A stretch of DNA of 63,982 nt, filler included, from Hausera hauseri (GCA_046269625.1; 10 parts of 10 records of this genome joined end to end with filler, not necessarily neighbours in it); one strand, 5' to 3'; numbered from the whole stretch's first letter, positions 23,609 to 36,916 are shown. Notes: generated by a model from the sequence alone, not told the origin. Program-made: numbers and translations.

Positions 23609-24922
23609 TTGCATTTTACCATTCTCCTGGTATTGCTTCGGTACAACTCCTTCCTTATCTTCAATAACAATAAACACATAACGACCATTAAGGCTCCAAT
23701 CAATTCCACGGCGCAGCTACTATGCACCGCTCTATCCTCCTCATTCGATACTGCCAACTTCTATTTCACACATTGGGGTATCACTGTACATCCCGTCTAC
23801 TTACTATTATCTTTCGTATCCATTGAACTCCCAGTCATCAACCTTATGCTCCATTTTCGCCTCCGGGGTGGATCGGATACAAATCCATCCTGCTCGGATG
23901 ACAAATCCACGAATACGGGCAACATCTATCGTTTGCCACACTCCAAACAGGCCCGAGTTTCGCTAAATTTGCCTTGTGTGGAGTTTTTCCTTGATAAAAA
24001 CAACTCCAGTAAACCATGGCTCCAATTCCACCAACAGTAGCTAAAATCGAACAAAATCACAGATTCTTTTGTGCAAGCCAATAGCCTTTTAATTCTTTTG
24101 CCTGCCAACGTCAAGCAGCAAATTAATAATATCTCCGAGCTTCTACAATCCTCGACACCTTACGATACACTTTGTGAAGCTGTACTGCATGTCAGGGATC
24201 CTTCGATTGACAACATAATACAAAAGTATTTTAATGACCACGCAATAGGACACCAAAAGCCATCCTACTTTCTCCAAACGGCCATTCTGCAGCTCAGCGC
24301 GCTAGGAGTGAACCCTACGAATAACACGGATTTAATCCGCCCTTATTTCTTATCGTCTTTGCCCATCTCAATCAGAACCTTACTAACCGTTGTTGACGAA
24401 TCCGCTGCTATCGAAAAACTGGCAATAATGGCTGACAAATCCTTTGAAATTCTTCATACTAACAGTTCTCTCCCTGTTACTGCTGCAACCGAATGTTCTC
24501 CAACTACAGATACAACATTCTTTACTTAACAATTGCAAATGATGCAGCAACAGTTTGACATGCTTCAACAATCGATTTTGGCCATTACTACCCAACTAAA
24601 TAATTTTAATGGGCCTCAACGAAGTGAAACCAGACTTTCACGGGAGCAAAGCACTTTAATGCACTCTTCTCGGTCCATTTCGCCTGGCGGACGCATGACT
24701 TGTTTCTACCACAAGCATTTTCAAAAGGAAGCAAGTAAATGTTTCTTGGGCTCTCGATTCTTTAGTGAGCGATACGCTGTAAATAACCCTATTTGTATAT
24801 ACCACAATAAATATCAGTCACCAGCCAGATCATGTGTGCCTGGTTGTAGATATTACAACAAAAAATCTTCTAGCTTTTCTTCCTCTTCTTTCTTTTTTCC
24901 AAATCCTCCAAAAAACTCATAA
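23609..24922 (+). pseudogene. gag: Ubiquitin-like domain-Gag fusion ORF of a Ty3/Gypsy element (single frame, two in-frame stops at 24038 and 24527)
   Basis: ORFs 23609, 24071 and 24533 share one frame. The Ubl ends LHFRLRGG (to 23872). Gag core PWLQF..ITDS..LP..PYDTL, KPSYFL and LIRPYFLSSLPISIRTLL..EKLAIMADK, followed by two C-x-YH knuckles. Confidence 0.85.
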
Positions 24923-24961
24923 TGTCGCCAGATTGTACGGCATCTTCTGGAGCAGGCAACA
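24910..24961 (+). promoter_or_regulatory. Putative -1 ribosomal frameshift signal (A_AAA_AAC plus a downstream stem)
   Basis: The heptamer 24910-24916 is in X_XXY_YYZ phase one codon before the gag stop, and pol is in the -1 frame. tgtcgcc (24923-24929) can pair with ggcaaca (24955-24961). Confidence 0.7.
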
Positions 24962-27900
24962 TCGCTCAATCTTCTGGCCGTTTCAACACCGCATCTGCAG
25001 TCTTTCTGTTGAAAGCTACATTATTATGCAGTGATACTTCACATATCGACTTCGTTATAGACTCCGGAGCTACCTTTTCACTCCTTCCGTTGTCTTTCAC
25101 CCCTACATCCACTATAAGTTTCTGTCCTCCATTTTTCACTGCCAGTGGGAAATCGTTGCAAGTTGCAGGAACCACGGAATTGACTTTCACATTCGCCAAC
25201 TTGCCAGATAAGTTTGTCTGGAAGTTCCATGTGGCCAACATTAAATCTCCCATAATAGGCTTAGATTTTCTTGCCGCACAAGATTTTCTGGTAGATTGCA
25301 AATACAGCTGTCTTGTCAACAGAAACTCTATATCAACGTCAAACATGTGTCTCGCAGATAATCTATCAAGCAATTTATCACACTTATCTGGAAACATATT
25401 GAACGTTTCGTCCTCTATTAAAAAAACTTCCGATAAAGTCGGTACACCTTCAATTATGAACGACAATCCTATATCTATTCTGAAACAGAAATCCAAATTA
25501 GGTGTCGACAGCAGCGATGCCAGTTGCCTCTCTTCAGTCACTGCAGCTGTTCTTCCTAATTATACGCCTCAATCATTCTTATCTCTGGACTCCGATCTTA
25601 GATCATATATAACAACATCATGCTTTCGAATAGTCAAAAAAGACATCAACTTCAAGCTCTCATCCTCAACTTATCATCACATAGTAACAGAGCATCAGAG
25701 ACCGATCAAACAAAAGGTTAGACCTTTGTCGCCACGAAGACGTAAAACTGTAGAACAGGAGTTTAATGAACTGGAAAGGTCTGGCAACGTTCGGAGATCG
25801 AATTCCCCATGGGCTTCTCCTCTTCGTGTAGTGGTAAAAAAAGATGCAACCTATAGGTTATGTGGCGACTACCGACAATTAAACAATCTAACTATTATAG
25901 ATGCCTATCCACTAACACTCATTAAGGAAATTCTTCATAGCCTCAGCAACACCAATAATTATTCTACTACTAATCTGCACAAGACCTACCATCAAATCCC
26001 TATTGCGCCTGATGACATTCCAAAAACTGCTGTCATCACACCGTTTGGTCTTTATGAATACATATTCATGCCTTTTGGCCTACGTAGTCATCTCAGACCT
26101 TTCAGCCCCACATTGACACTGTTCTTTCTGGTCTTGATTTTGCTCACCCATACATAGATGACATATTAGTCACTTCCAGCTCCATAAAACAACATAATCA
26201 GCATCTTAGAATTATTTTCCACAGATTACAACAAAGTAACCTGCAAATTAATTTCTACAAATGCAATTTCTTCCAAAAACGCGTAAACTTCCTACGCCAC
26301 ATAGTTACTCGTGAAGGGCATTCGCCCTAGCCTGATCGCTTACAACAATTAAAAAATGTAACGTTGCCAACTACAACTACCGATATGAGGAGTTTTCTAG
26401 GGACATTGCATTTTTTACACAAATACGTCCCACAGTGCTCCGAACTAACGGCACCTTTCGCACACCTCTCATTTGGGAAGAAAAGACAATTAATTCATTG
26501 GACTCCCTATCTAGTAAATCAATTTGATCGCCTTCGTGAAAGTCTGAAAACTGTGGAATTCTTGGCCTTTTCAAAGCCAAACGGTGAACTAATATTAACT
26601 ATCGATGCCTCTACCACAGCAACTGGTGCGATATTGCACCAAATATACAATGCCGTCGATGAACCATTAGAGTTCTATTCTCGAAAGCTCACGCAACCGG
26701 AAAGCCGATACTCAACATTCGACCGTGAACTCTTGACGAGTAGTTCTAGCGGTAAAGTATTTCAAGCACTTGCTTCTTTCACGTCAATTCACCATCCAAA
26801 GCGACCACAAGCCTTTACTTTATATAATGATTTTGAAACAGCCATCATCTAGACAAGAACCACAGATATCATACCTGTCGACGTTTAGCTTTTCCATGAA
26901 ATATATTTCAGGCACCGAAAATTTATTAGCGGATTTTCTTTCGCGGTCGGTTAACTCAATTACAGTTCAGCCAATTTTCTCCCTTGAGGTCCTGAGAAGC
27001 AATCAACCAGCATTTAACATTCTCCAAGCTTTTAAATCTGTTGAAATCATCGATAGCATCGCTTATGACACTTCCAACTCGACCAACAAGAAGATCATTC
27101 TTGCACCATCGCTACAAAAAACAGTTTCAATTACTTTCACTCTCTTCATCATCCGGATTCAAAGCCACATTTCGTTTACTGCAACGCCACGTTGTATGGC
27201 CAACTATGCATACCGATGTACAAATCTGGGTCAAGGGATGTGTAGCATGTCAACAATACAAGGTTCACAAACATCTCAAACCACCACTATACCACTTCCC
27301 TTGCACTTCTCGTTTTGAAACCGTGCATTTAGATATTGTGGGGCCTCTACCTGTCGACAATGGTTATCATTATATACTATCCATGATGGATCGTGCTTCT
27401 CGCAGGCCGGAAGCCGTTCTGTTTCGATCAACCAACACCGACTCAGTGGCTGATGCATTTATCAAGATATGGGTCAACCGTTTTGGTTCACCACGTCACA
27501 TCATAACGGATAAGGGTCCACAGTTTGAAGCTAATCTTTTCAAATCTCTTGTAAAGCATTTGGGGATAGCCCATCTCCATACAACGCCATACCATTCCTA
27601 AGCAAATGGTCTTCTCGAGAGATTTCATTGTACCATGAAGATTTCATTAAAAATCCTGGCTAACAACAATCATAACTGGACCTCAATTCTTCCTCTAGTC
27701 CTACTCGGTTGGCGCAACACGCCATCCACAACTACGGGTTGTGCTCCAGATGAAGCTCTGTTTGGGACACCAGTTCGTGCACTATTTGAGCTCGACAATC
27801 TCGACGAAAGTCCGTCAGATGAAGTTATTTGTGCGGCACAGTCCCACTTTGCTGATGTAAAGTCGAATGCCTTCTGCCGTCTTATAAACAAAGATAAATC

Positions 27901-28100
27901 TTATATCCCAGAGGACATATACTCAGCCAAATTTGTATGACTGAAGGATCTGTCACCTTCTGGTTTTCGGCCTCAATACGTTGGACCTTACAAATTACTT
28001 ATTTTTTCTTCGCACACTGTCACTATTTTACGCAAGGACCAACTCCATAATGTACACATTTCTAATTTTAAGCCAGCCTTTTTCATTGATAATGACCAGA
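24922..28100 (+). pseudogene. pol: Gypsy pol (aspartic protease, RT, RNase H, integrase) with multiple stops and frameshifts
   Basis: FVIDSGATFSLLP; SPWASP..KKDATYRLCGDYRQLN; YIDD (~26151-26162); LTIDAS..GAILHQ..FYSRKL..ESRYSTFDRELL; HHPG..C..CQ; VHLDIVGPLP; ITDKGPQF; NGLLERFH. Confidence 0.95.
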
Positions 28101-30007
28101 ATAACAGCATTGTTTGAAATCCTAACTCGCACTTCTCCACCCTCGAGCCATCATCCAATTTCCCTGATGGTTTTAATCCTTCGCAGCCATCACTATCGCG
28201 TGACGACAAATTCTCTTCACTTCTGTTATCATCCAGTGCTCCTTCATTATTTGATTCTCCATCATCGCCTGCACATCCATTAATCATTTCACCTTCATCG
28301 CAGAATTCTCTGCCATCTCCAATTCTCGTTTTCTTCGCGTAATCCTTTTCCGTTTTCAACTTCTCTATTTTCATCTATTTATGAAGCATCCTCCAGCACC
28401 ACAAAATCCACAGTGTCTCTCTCTCAAAGGACTCCAAAAGTACCAGTAACATCTAACAGATCACGCCATGTGACGTTTAGCACTTACAGCAGGGAGAAGT
28501 TCATAGATGCAGTCCAACGTCTAACACGTACCAAAACCGAATACGTACAAGTTCCTTTTTTTCTACTACAATCTCCACTTACTTCTTCTCTTTATAGTCT
28601 TTATCTTGCCACGGGGGGGGGCGGTAATGTAGTGCCTAGTATGTGGCTGCGCCGTAGTCCAATCGGTGAGAGGATTTTCCCCACCATGTGATTATGCGAC
28701 GCAAGTCTGTAATTTCTGACAAAGGTGTGACAGCGGCATTTAGCTCGAACGATTTGTAAAAGCAATCAAAAGCAATCAAGTCGACAGAATGTTTCAGACA
28801 AACAATTTGTATCCTCACCAAATGCTACTCGAATGGATATAGCAGTCGTCGATTTTGAATTTTCACTTAGAGGAAAAGATTATCTTTATCCAGTAATCAG
28901 AAAAGCAGGGAACTCTCACCAAAGAACAAAGTCGTGGATTTTTGTCGCTGTTCTTCTGTTTTGCTCTGAAAATGTATATGATCATTTTGTGTATCTCATT
29001 TTACTTTATCTCCTTTTGTACATAATGGAACTGTCTCTATGTTGCATCGATATACGCTTTTGTGAATTATATTTTTTACAGCTCAAGTTCAAATGCTGAT
29101 GTTCTATACTCGTTTGGACAAATACAGAAAATATTACGTCATGTCACACTTTACTATATTCTCTGTTCAATTCGAAGTTCACCTCAATTCTCAGGTTTTC
29201 TCAAAGCAGCTACATCATTTCACATGTCCGCAACATTCCTCGGACGCCTTTCTGATCCAGGGACATTTAGTTGAATTGTAGAACATCTTATTGTATAATT
29301 GTAAATATAATGTTTAACATGTATAAAAGTAATTGATTATGTTATTACAAATTAATAATTGAAAATTTTAAAGTTTGAAAATGCAGAAGCCTTTCATCGC
29401 GTCTTTGGATTCTTTATTTATTGGAATTTATACTTATGCCATTTTACCTACAGTGCTCAACTAAATGAATCTATGGAAAATTTATTTAAATGATTTTATA
29501 CGAATTGTTGTCGTATTTTAAATTGAAAATTGAATGCAAATTTTTATTGCGTTTGTTTTAAACAATTAATTCGTCGTGTTCCTCAACATATATATATATA
29601 TATATATATATACGAATCTAAAAATTAGAAGAACATATTTACCACTGTAGAACAACTTACAGTCTCAGTCGATCACTTGGGAGATCTTGAAATAAGTCGG
29701 ACTTTACTTTCAGAGGGAATACGATCTTACGGTAGATTGAACCGATTGATAAACCGAGAATTAAGGACACTGTACGTCAGTAGTATTTTTGTTCATTTTT
29801 GAATGAGGTTGTTTATTTCTAAAATCTTCGATAATTTCTAACCGTCTCTTAAGGAGGGTTTGAGCGTACTAATTTAAAATTTCTACTTAAATTTATATAG
29901 ATAAGTACGAGAAAATTAACCATAGTAACCATTAACGCACGCAGTACCAACATATTAAATTGCGTAGACACAAATCGAATGATCGACATCGACAGTCTGT
30001 AGCTGCA

Positions 30008-30107
30008 NNNNNNNNNNNNNNNNNNNNNNNNNNNNNNNNNNNNNNNNNNNNTTAATTAATTAANNNNNNNNNNNNNNNNNNNNNNNNNNNNNNNNNNNNN
30101 NNNNNNN
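30008..30107. other. Artificial contig linker
   Basis: N44-TTAATTAATTAA-N44. Confidence 0.98.
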
Positions 30108-30236
30108 CGGCCGGGCGCGGTGCCGTGTATATATATATTATATTATATATTATATATATTATATATATTAATGACAGAACTGGAGACGCTTTTATTTATT
30201 CTCATCAGCCAATCACGTCCGTGCAGGCATCCGGCT

Positions 30237-30319
30237 GGCCAATAGCCACGCCCTGCCGGCCAATAGCCACGCCCTGTCGGCCAATAACCACGCCCTGCCG
30301 GCCAACAGCCACGCCCTGC
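30237..30319. repeat. GC-rich 21-bp tandem repeat x4
   Basis: GGCCAATAGCCACGCCCTGCC units start at 30237, 30258, 30279 and 30300. Confidence 0.92.
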
Positions 30320-30399
30320 GCCCCCTGGGCCTGGGCTACGCGAACCTCGGCGCGCTGATCATGCTCAACGGGCACCCCTACGACAGCGACGAGGGCCGT
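30319..30399 (+). other. nrdJ: Bacterial class II (B12-dependent) ribonucleotide reductase fragment, likely contaminant read
   Basis: [27 protein letters not shown] with very high GC3. Confidence 0.8.
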
Positions 30400-30531
30400 C
30401 AGACCATCAGCGCAATGGTGGCGCTCGCCGATCTCACGCGCTCTGGATTCATGAACGGCGACGTCAGCACGGTCATGAGCCCGCGCACCGTCATCACCTG
30501 GGCGGAGAACACCAAGATCTTCAACGACATT
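30380..30531 (+). other. cobS: Alphaproteobacterial cobaltochelatase CobS C-terminal fragment, likely contaminant read
   Basis: [46 protein letters not shown]; '[17 protein letters not shown]' is characteristic of CobS. Confidence 0.85.
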
Positions 30532-33500
30532 GACAGTCAGAATCTTGGTATTTCAGACAACTTATCAAAATTCCGCATTATGGACACGAAAAATAACCAA
30601 GCTCGGGATTATATTATTCAAATTGTTGAAAAATTAAATCAATGTTTGTCACAACCGTGTGGCTCACTCGATGAAAGAATGGAGAAACAACTAAAGGCCT
30701 TGTGTCGGTCTTTGAATAAGCAAAATGCAGAAATTGGTTTTGAACAATGTTGCAGACAAAGTGAATAGAGAATTGTCAATGAATAAACAATTGTCCAAAC
30801 TAGACGAAATAGCCATGAAAAGAATAAATTTAAAATCGGATATTAATGAACATATTGATGGAATTAAAAATGAAAAGAATCAGCAAGCTCTATGTGAGGA
30901 AAAGTTAAATGATCTTCAGTTTATAGTAAACTCCATGAATACTGAATTGGAATACAACTCATCGGATAAATTTGACGAAGCTGCAATTGAGGAAAGTTTG
31001 AAAAAAATCAAGGACATTAAAAGCCAACTCCCACAATACAAACAAATGTTGGATGATGTCACGATTACCGATCAACAATTCCACACACCGATTAATCTAT
31101 TAAACTTGACCCATAGTGCTGAAGAACAACACTCCGAATTAGAAGAGAAGGATCTCCAAATGGAACAAGAATTAAGTGCCAGAAAAGATGAATGGAAAGA
31201 GTCAAATGATGAAAAGGATAACGTTGAAAAATGGATAAATTCCGTCACGAAAGAATCGGAAAAACCGAAAACCAAGTATCATGGTACACATTTATTTAAC
31301 AAACAACAATTATTGGAATCCAGCAAAGTTTTGCTGCAGAATGTTACGAACCATGACAACGAAATTAAGTCACTGATTGACAAAGCATCAAAGGTGTTGA
31401 AAAATCCGATGAATGACTCACCAAGAAGGACAACAAATACTCTATGTAGACGATATGAAAAGCTGTTGGAGTCGTTAATGAATACTGTACAAGATAATGA
31501 ATCAGACCTTGCCTTATATCAAAACTTTGAAGATCAACTCAATGACTTTAGCGTAGAAAATAGAAAAATCGCCAACGAATTACCAGAATCGATAGCCAAT
31601 CAGCCAAGTTCCAAAGAATTAAAACAAAAATTGAAAATATTCGACAAGCTGAAATCAAATTACGAAGAACGGCAAAGTGTTATTGCAAAACTGGAAAACA
31701 TGAAAGATGAATTGTTGAATAACAAATCAAAGCTTATTTCTGAAACAATTGAAGACCAAGGCAAATCACAGTTACGTGAAATCGATAACCTCCGAAGAGA
31801 CATTGTCGGCTTCACGACTGATTCTTTTACCGAGCAACTGAATCATGAAAACGAGGAACTTTGGAATATCTTTGTGGGTTTACAAGTAGACATTGATGAG
31901 TCGGGAAAATTGACCGAGGAAGTTATGGAAAAAACTGAGTTTATTCAACAGTTAAAAGGTGAGTTAAATAGCATTCTTAACGAAGTCGAATTCCAATTGA
32001 AAAACATTCCCAGATTAAATTCTTTGACGGACAAAAAAGAAGAGTTGATTAAACTTGAAGGTTATCAAGAACACTTAAGAGAATTGCAGCCGAAATTTGA
32101 TCTGCTAACGAAAAAATTGGATGAATTCCCAAAGTATAATTTTCAGCGAAATCTTCGCAACAGCGAACTACTGCAGAATGACATGGAAAAACGGCGAAAT
32201 GAAATCGATAGAGAAATATCGAATTTGATTGAAAACGTTAGTTACCACTACAACAAGCACGCCGAACTGATGAAGGCGATTGGAGATTCAAACAAATGGA
32301 TCCATACAAAATATGATGAACTGAACTTCGATTTGACTTCTAGTGACAAAGACCAGCTGGAAACGAGTCTTAAACATCTAAATGGATTGCTGATAACCGA
32401 CATAAAAACCGGTGAGAACCAAATAGCAACTTTAAACAAACTTCTACGAGCTGTGAGCGATTCGACGACAGACAGAGAAAAGAAAAACCTTCGAGAAAAC
32501 AGTAAGATAATCGAAAATGACTTTGAAAAAATAATTGAAATTGCCAAGCAAAAGAAACTTGAGATTATTTCTATCGTCGATACTCTGAAAGACAATGATG
32601 ATTTCATTCGAGAGACTCAACAATGGCTTGAAACCAAAAATAAAAATCTGGACTGTCTGACTGACAAATCAGATAGCTTAAAAATGAAACTGAATCGACG
32701 TGACCAATTGAAATTGCTTTCTGATGAATTAGAAACACGATTTGAATTTATCCAAGATCGTCTTAATCGCCCCCATTTGGCAGTTGAACATAAAGATAAC
32801 TTGTTGAGGTCAATTGCAGTGTTAAAAAATAAAATCAAACCATTTAAAGAAACGTTAAATAATGAGATTATTTGTCATGAAGAGTTTTTGTCCAAATGTC
32901 AACGACTTCGAGATGATATTATGCAAACGAAATACTCAATGGTTCAACAAATGGATATAGTCAGCACCGGAGATCGGCATCTATCCGAAGAACTGTATGA
33001 GGTAAAAATCCAGCCCATTAAACACAAGCTGGAAAATTTAGAATATTTAATCATTGACGTCAAAAATCAAACATCACAAGTTGGCCATCAGAGTCTTAAC
33101 AACGAAATATCATCCTTAGTAACATTGTATAATGACCTCGATAATTTATATAAATCCATCGAAGAAAAAGAACAAAAAGCATCAGTTTTAGGCGAACGAT
33201 TCAACGAATTAACCGAGTCCATCGATGCATGGATTCGTGAAACGGAAAATAAATTGAAAGAATTATCCCAATTACAAAAAGATATGAATGGTAAAGCGAA
33301 CGTAAAACGGGAATTGATTGAAAATATGATTCCAAAGATAGATGACAATCAAAGTCTCATGGATGAGTACAAAGAAGTATGCTATGAATATCTAGGTCAA
33401 GTGTCGGATAGACCAAAAAGTAAAGTTGCCAATGATTTATTCTATCGGTTTTCCGAGATATCTCGTTCCGTGGACAGTTTACTAAAACGAGTTCAAAAAG

Positions 33501-35907
33501 CCCACGAAGATCATCAGGAATTTGACAAAAAACTGAACGAGGTCCAGTCGTATTTTTCAGATACTGAAAGTTATTTACGCATCATCAGTGATTCATTCGG
33601 TGATCGTGATATTAACATGGATGTGATATCGAAAATGATTTCCGAGATCAACAGTCTGGAGTTGCAGAAAGAGGAAATTATACAAGAAAGCCTAGCTCTA
33701 GAATCCCAAGGTCACATAACTATGGAATTAACGGATAAAGATGGGCGAGAATTGCTACGGAATATTATTAAAACAGAGATGGATCTGTCGAAAAAGTTGT
33801 TGAAGAACATATCTGAGGCAAAAAATAATACTGATAAGATGTTAATGGAGTATAAATCTGTAACAGATAGCATAAATAGAATCGATGAATCTATAACTGA
33901 AGTTAAAGATTCTATTGATAGAATAAAACTAGATGAATTGAATCCCGATCAATGCTGTGTTCTGTCAAGTAGATTGTACGACAACAATCGGAGTTTAGAT
34001 CAACAGCTAAAACTATTAGACGATGCTGTTAAAAATAATACAAAATTCAATTTTGATGAGAGAGTACAGCAGTGCAATGCAAACATTGCGTACTGTAAAC
34101 AAAAAATATCCTCAATAAATGGCCATTTAGACAAATTTTCTGATTCTGTAAATGCACATCAATGTCTTTTACAAGATGGTAAAATGTGGTTCGACAAAAT
34201 CATAAAGAAATATGAAATTCTTGCGAAACCTTTTACAAACTGGAAGGAATTTGANNNNNNNNNNAATTTGAATATAAGTATGATCTGATTCATAAAGTTA
34301 TTGATGAGAAATTCTCGCCTAAAAAAGATCAAATCATTCGGCAGTTGAATTCATCCTTGGATGCTCAAAAATCGATTGTCAGTGATAAAGCATTTAGTAA
34401 TTCGGAGAAGGATACTCAATCCTTAATACAGAAGGTCGAAGATTTCGGTAACAAAGTTCAGAATGATCTGGTAAGTATCGACGAATCCAAAGTGACACTG
34501 GAAAGCTGGATATCGGAAATAAAGAAGGGTGAAAATTGGATGAAAAATACTCAAGAGGTTTTAAGATTGAATAAAGACTATAAAGACAATGCTGAAGAGT
34601 TCAAAACCGAACTCGAGGAAATTTTGAAAAATGCCCAAACGTTTTATGATGAAATCAGCGAAACCAATATTTTAGAATGTAGCAGTACTCCGTGGTTTTC
34701 GTCCGTTATATCCCAGCAAATGACAGATGAGAGTCGACTCAAAACTGGTATTGAAAATCTAATGGACGAAATTCGAAAATTAATTGCAAAAACCGAAAAG
34801 GAAATCGCCCAAGAAGAAGAATTTGAATCCAAAGTCAAATTATTTACCGACTGGGTTTATGAAATGAATGATGCGTTGAACAAGTCGGATCTGATTCCGT
34901 CGGGTAGTAAAAAAGACGCTGATGGTCTCCGACAAAAATTTCGCAACGGTCAAAAATATTACGATAATCTTTTTACGTTTGCTGCGGGCTTGGTGATGCA
35001 TCGACAGAAGGGGAAAATGACAGAGACAACATCGAATTGTAAACGTGAATTAAGTGAACTAAAATCAAAAACGGAGAGTGTGGTGAAACATTTAGATGAA
35101 AAACTCCATTTGGATGACAGTTTTCATCGATTGCAGGACTACTTGAAGAAATGGTTGAGACAATTTAGTGATTATTTGGAAAACTATAAAGAAATCGGGA
35201 AAAATTCAACGTATTCCCATAAACAACTCGATTTAGAGAATTTAGATGGACTTAGTCAAGAAATCATAGGAAAGGCTAATTCCTTCGATAAATTGATTCA
35301 ATTTCGGTCGTTGTTGAATAGCGAAAATAACAATGAAATTGACGAATTACTCGCCGAATACAGTAAGTTAAAGGATAACGCAGAAAATGCCAAACAGCGA
35401 CTGAAACAAGAAATGAGCGGTAAGTTTGAATTCAACGAAGCCATGGAGAAATATCTACAAAGTCTATCATTGGCAAAAATTGAGTACCACAATACGAAAG
35501 GAAAATTTAAAGCCGATCGAATCAACGCAACCAGCGATAAATTGATCCAAATGAAATCGAACGTGACAGAGAAAGTTCTGAAATTTAAGCATAATAATTT
35601 GGTCGATCAGTTGCAAGAAGTTCGGAAATATTCGGTGATCGTCCAGAAGTCTGGATATGACTTGGACAATAGTTGTACGGAACAACGGGAACGAGCTGAA
35701 TCGGAATTTGAAAAACTGAAGAGAAATTGGGATGAACTGTTAAAGTCTGTTGCAGCAATACATGACGCAAGACATCAGTATGATAAAAACTTCAATGTAC
35801 TTAAAGATTGGATTGAAAAATCAAATGTTTGGATTAAAAGTATTAAGGATAAAAAAGATCTTTCATATGAATCTTTTGAAACCAAACAGTTGAAAGACAG
35901 TTTAAAA
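30532..35907 (+). CDS. Giant exon of a nesprin/MSP-300-like spectrin-repeat protein (partial; frameshift at ~30725 and a 10-N gap at 34255-34264)
   Basis: About 1,750 helical E/K/L-rich codons with periodic spectrin-repeat Trp motifs (EKWINS, NKWIHT, QQWLET, DAWIRE, TDWVYE, KKWLRQ, KDWIEK). It ends at a phase-0 donor AAA|GTGAGT (35907/35908). Confidence 0.8.
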
Positions 35908-36916
35908 GTGAGTGTGATTTTCGTTGACATTTGCCTTATATTCATGCGCCATGAATTGCTTGTGTTGCGTTATTTATGCTTAACTAATTTAGCTTGCCGC
36001 ATAGCTTTAGCTTTGAAGTCACCTAATCATCATATTTTTGCCTAAAGTAATTTGAGATGCACCAATAAATCCATCAATATACATATCGTTTGTCTTTGTG
36101 TCATATCTGATAATATTCAGATGATAGTATTATTACCAATGAACAGAGTATGATTTAAAGTATTGTTTTCATGTGAAAAACAAACGACACTGTGGCTATT
36201 CAATTTCTATGAATGTAACTAGAGAATGGCCCAAAGTCAGATGCTTTCAGAAAAAACATTAGATTAAAGCAGTAGGTAGAAGTGTCCTTTCCTAACCACT
36301 GCCCCAAAAGTGCTCAGATCGACCTGAAAACCAGTTTTCCCTACGTATCTCGCAATTCTGAGCATTTCACGTTTGGTGGTCGGCGGCCCCTCCCAGGGAC
36401 GGAAGAAAGTCGGAAAATGGACTTTGGACCGAGACCAATCGGTCGAGCCGGACAAGGCGAGCAAAAGTCAACAGCGATGCGAAGCCGAAAAATGTAACCC
36501 TGCGGCACAGGAGGCAGAAAAAGAAAAACGGGCAATATGCAACAGGCAACGCAAAACATGTTGCTGGTATACCGAAATTTTGTATAGAGGTAAAATTAAT
36601 GTTGACAAGTCGAATGGACACGGTTTCGTCGTCGTCCGACAAAGGGAACATGGGGAAAACTGGTTGGGGAAATTTCCGTAGGGTGAAATTTCTCCCTCTT
36701 CAAGTCTGTCGGTGATGGAAACGGGTTTCATACATTGCCCATAAGTGGGGGGAAATTTTATATTATAACCGCCTCACGATCAGACCAACGGATCCGGGTG
36801 AAAAATGCGACCGAAAAACGAAACGTAACGCATTGTTAAAAAGAAGTCAAAATCATCATCATCATTATCGTTGTAAAGGCGTTCGTTTTGTAGAAAATTC
36901 GTGAATTTTATTTTGT

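Larger units (their letters stand above)
23609..28690 (+). mobile_element. Ty3/Gypsy LTR retrotransposon (CsRN1/Mag-like gag type), degenerate; 5' LTR not found
   Basis: Order is gag - protease - RT - RNase H - integrase. A polypurine tract (G9) at 28613-28621 is followed by TGTAG at 28628 (start of the 3' LTR). Confidence 0.93.

Noticed and set aside
28690-30007. Full-length 3' LTR with a matching 5' LTR
   Set aside because: No second copy of the TGTAGTGCC start exists in the contig, so the LTR end and TSD cannot be defined.
30319-30531. Genuine bacterial HGT of B12-related genes
   Set aside because: These are read-sized fragments of two unrelated genes at a contig end, joined at short overlaps and with unameliorated GC.
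36264-36800. Overlapping short ORFs in a GC-elevated segment
   Set aside because: Open frames are expected at this composition and no domain is recognisable; possibly an intronic TE fragment.
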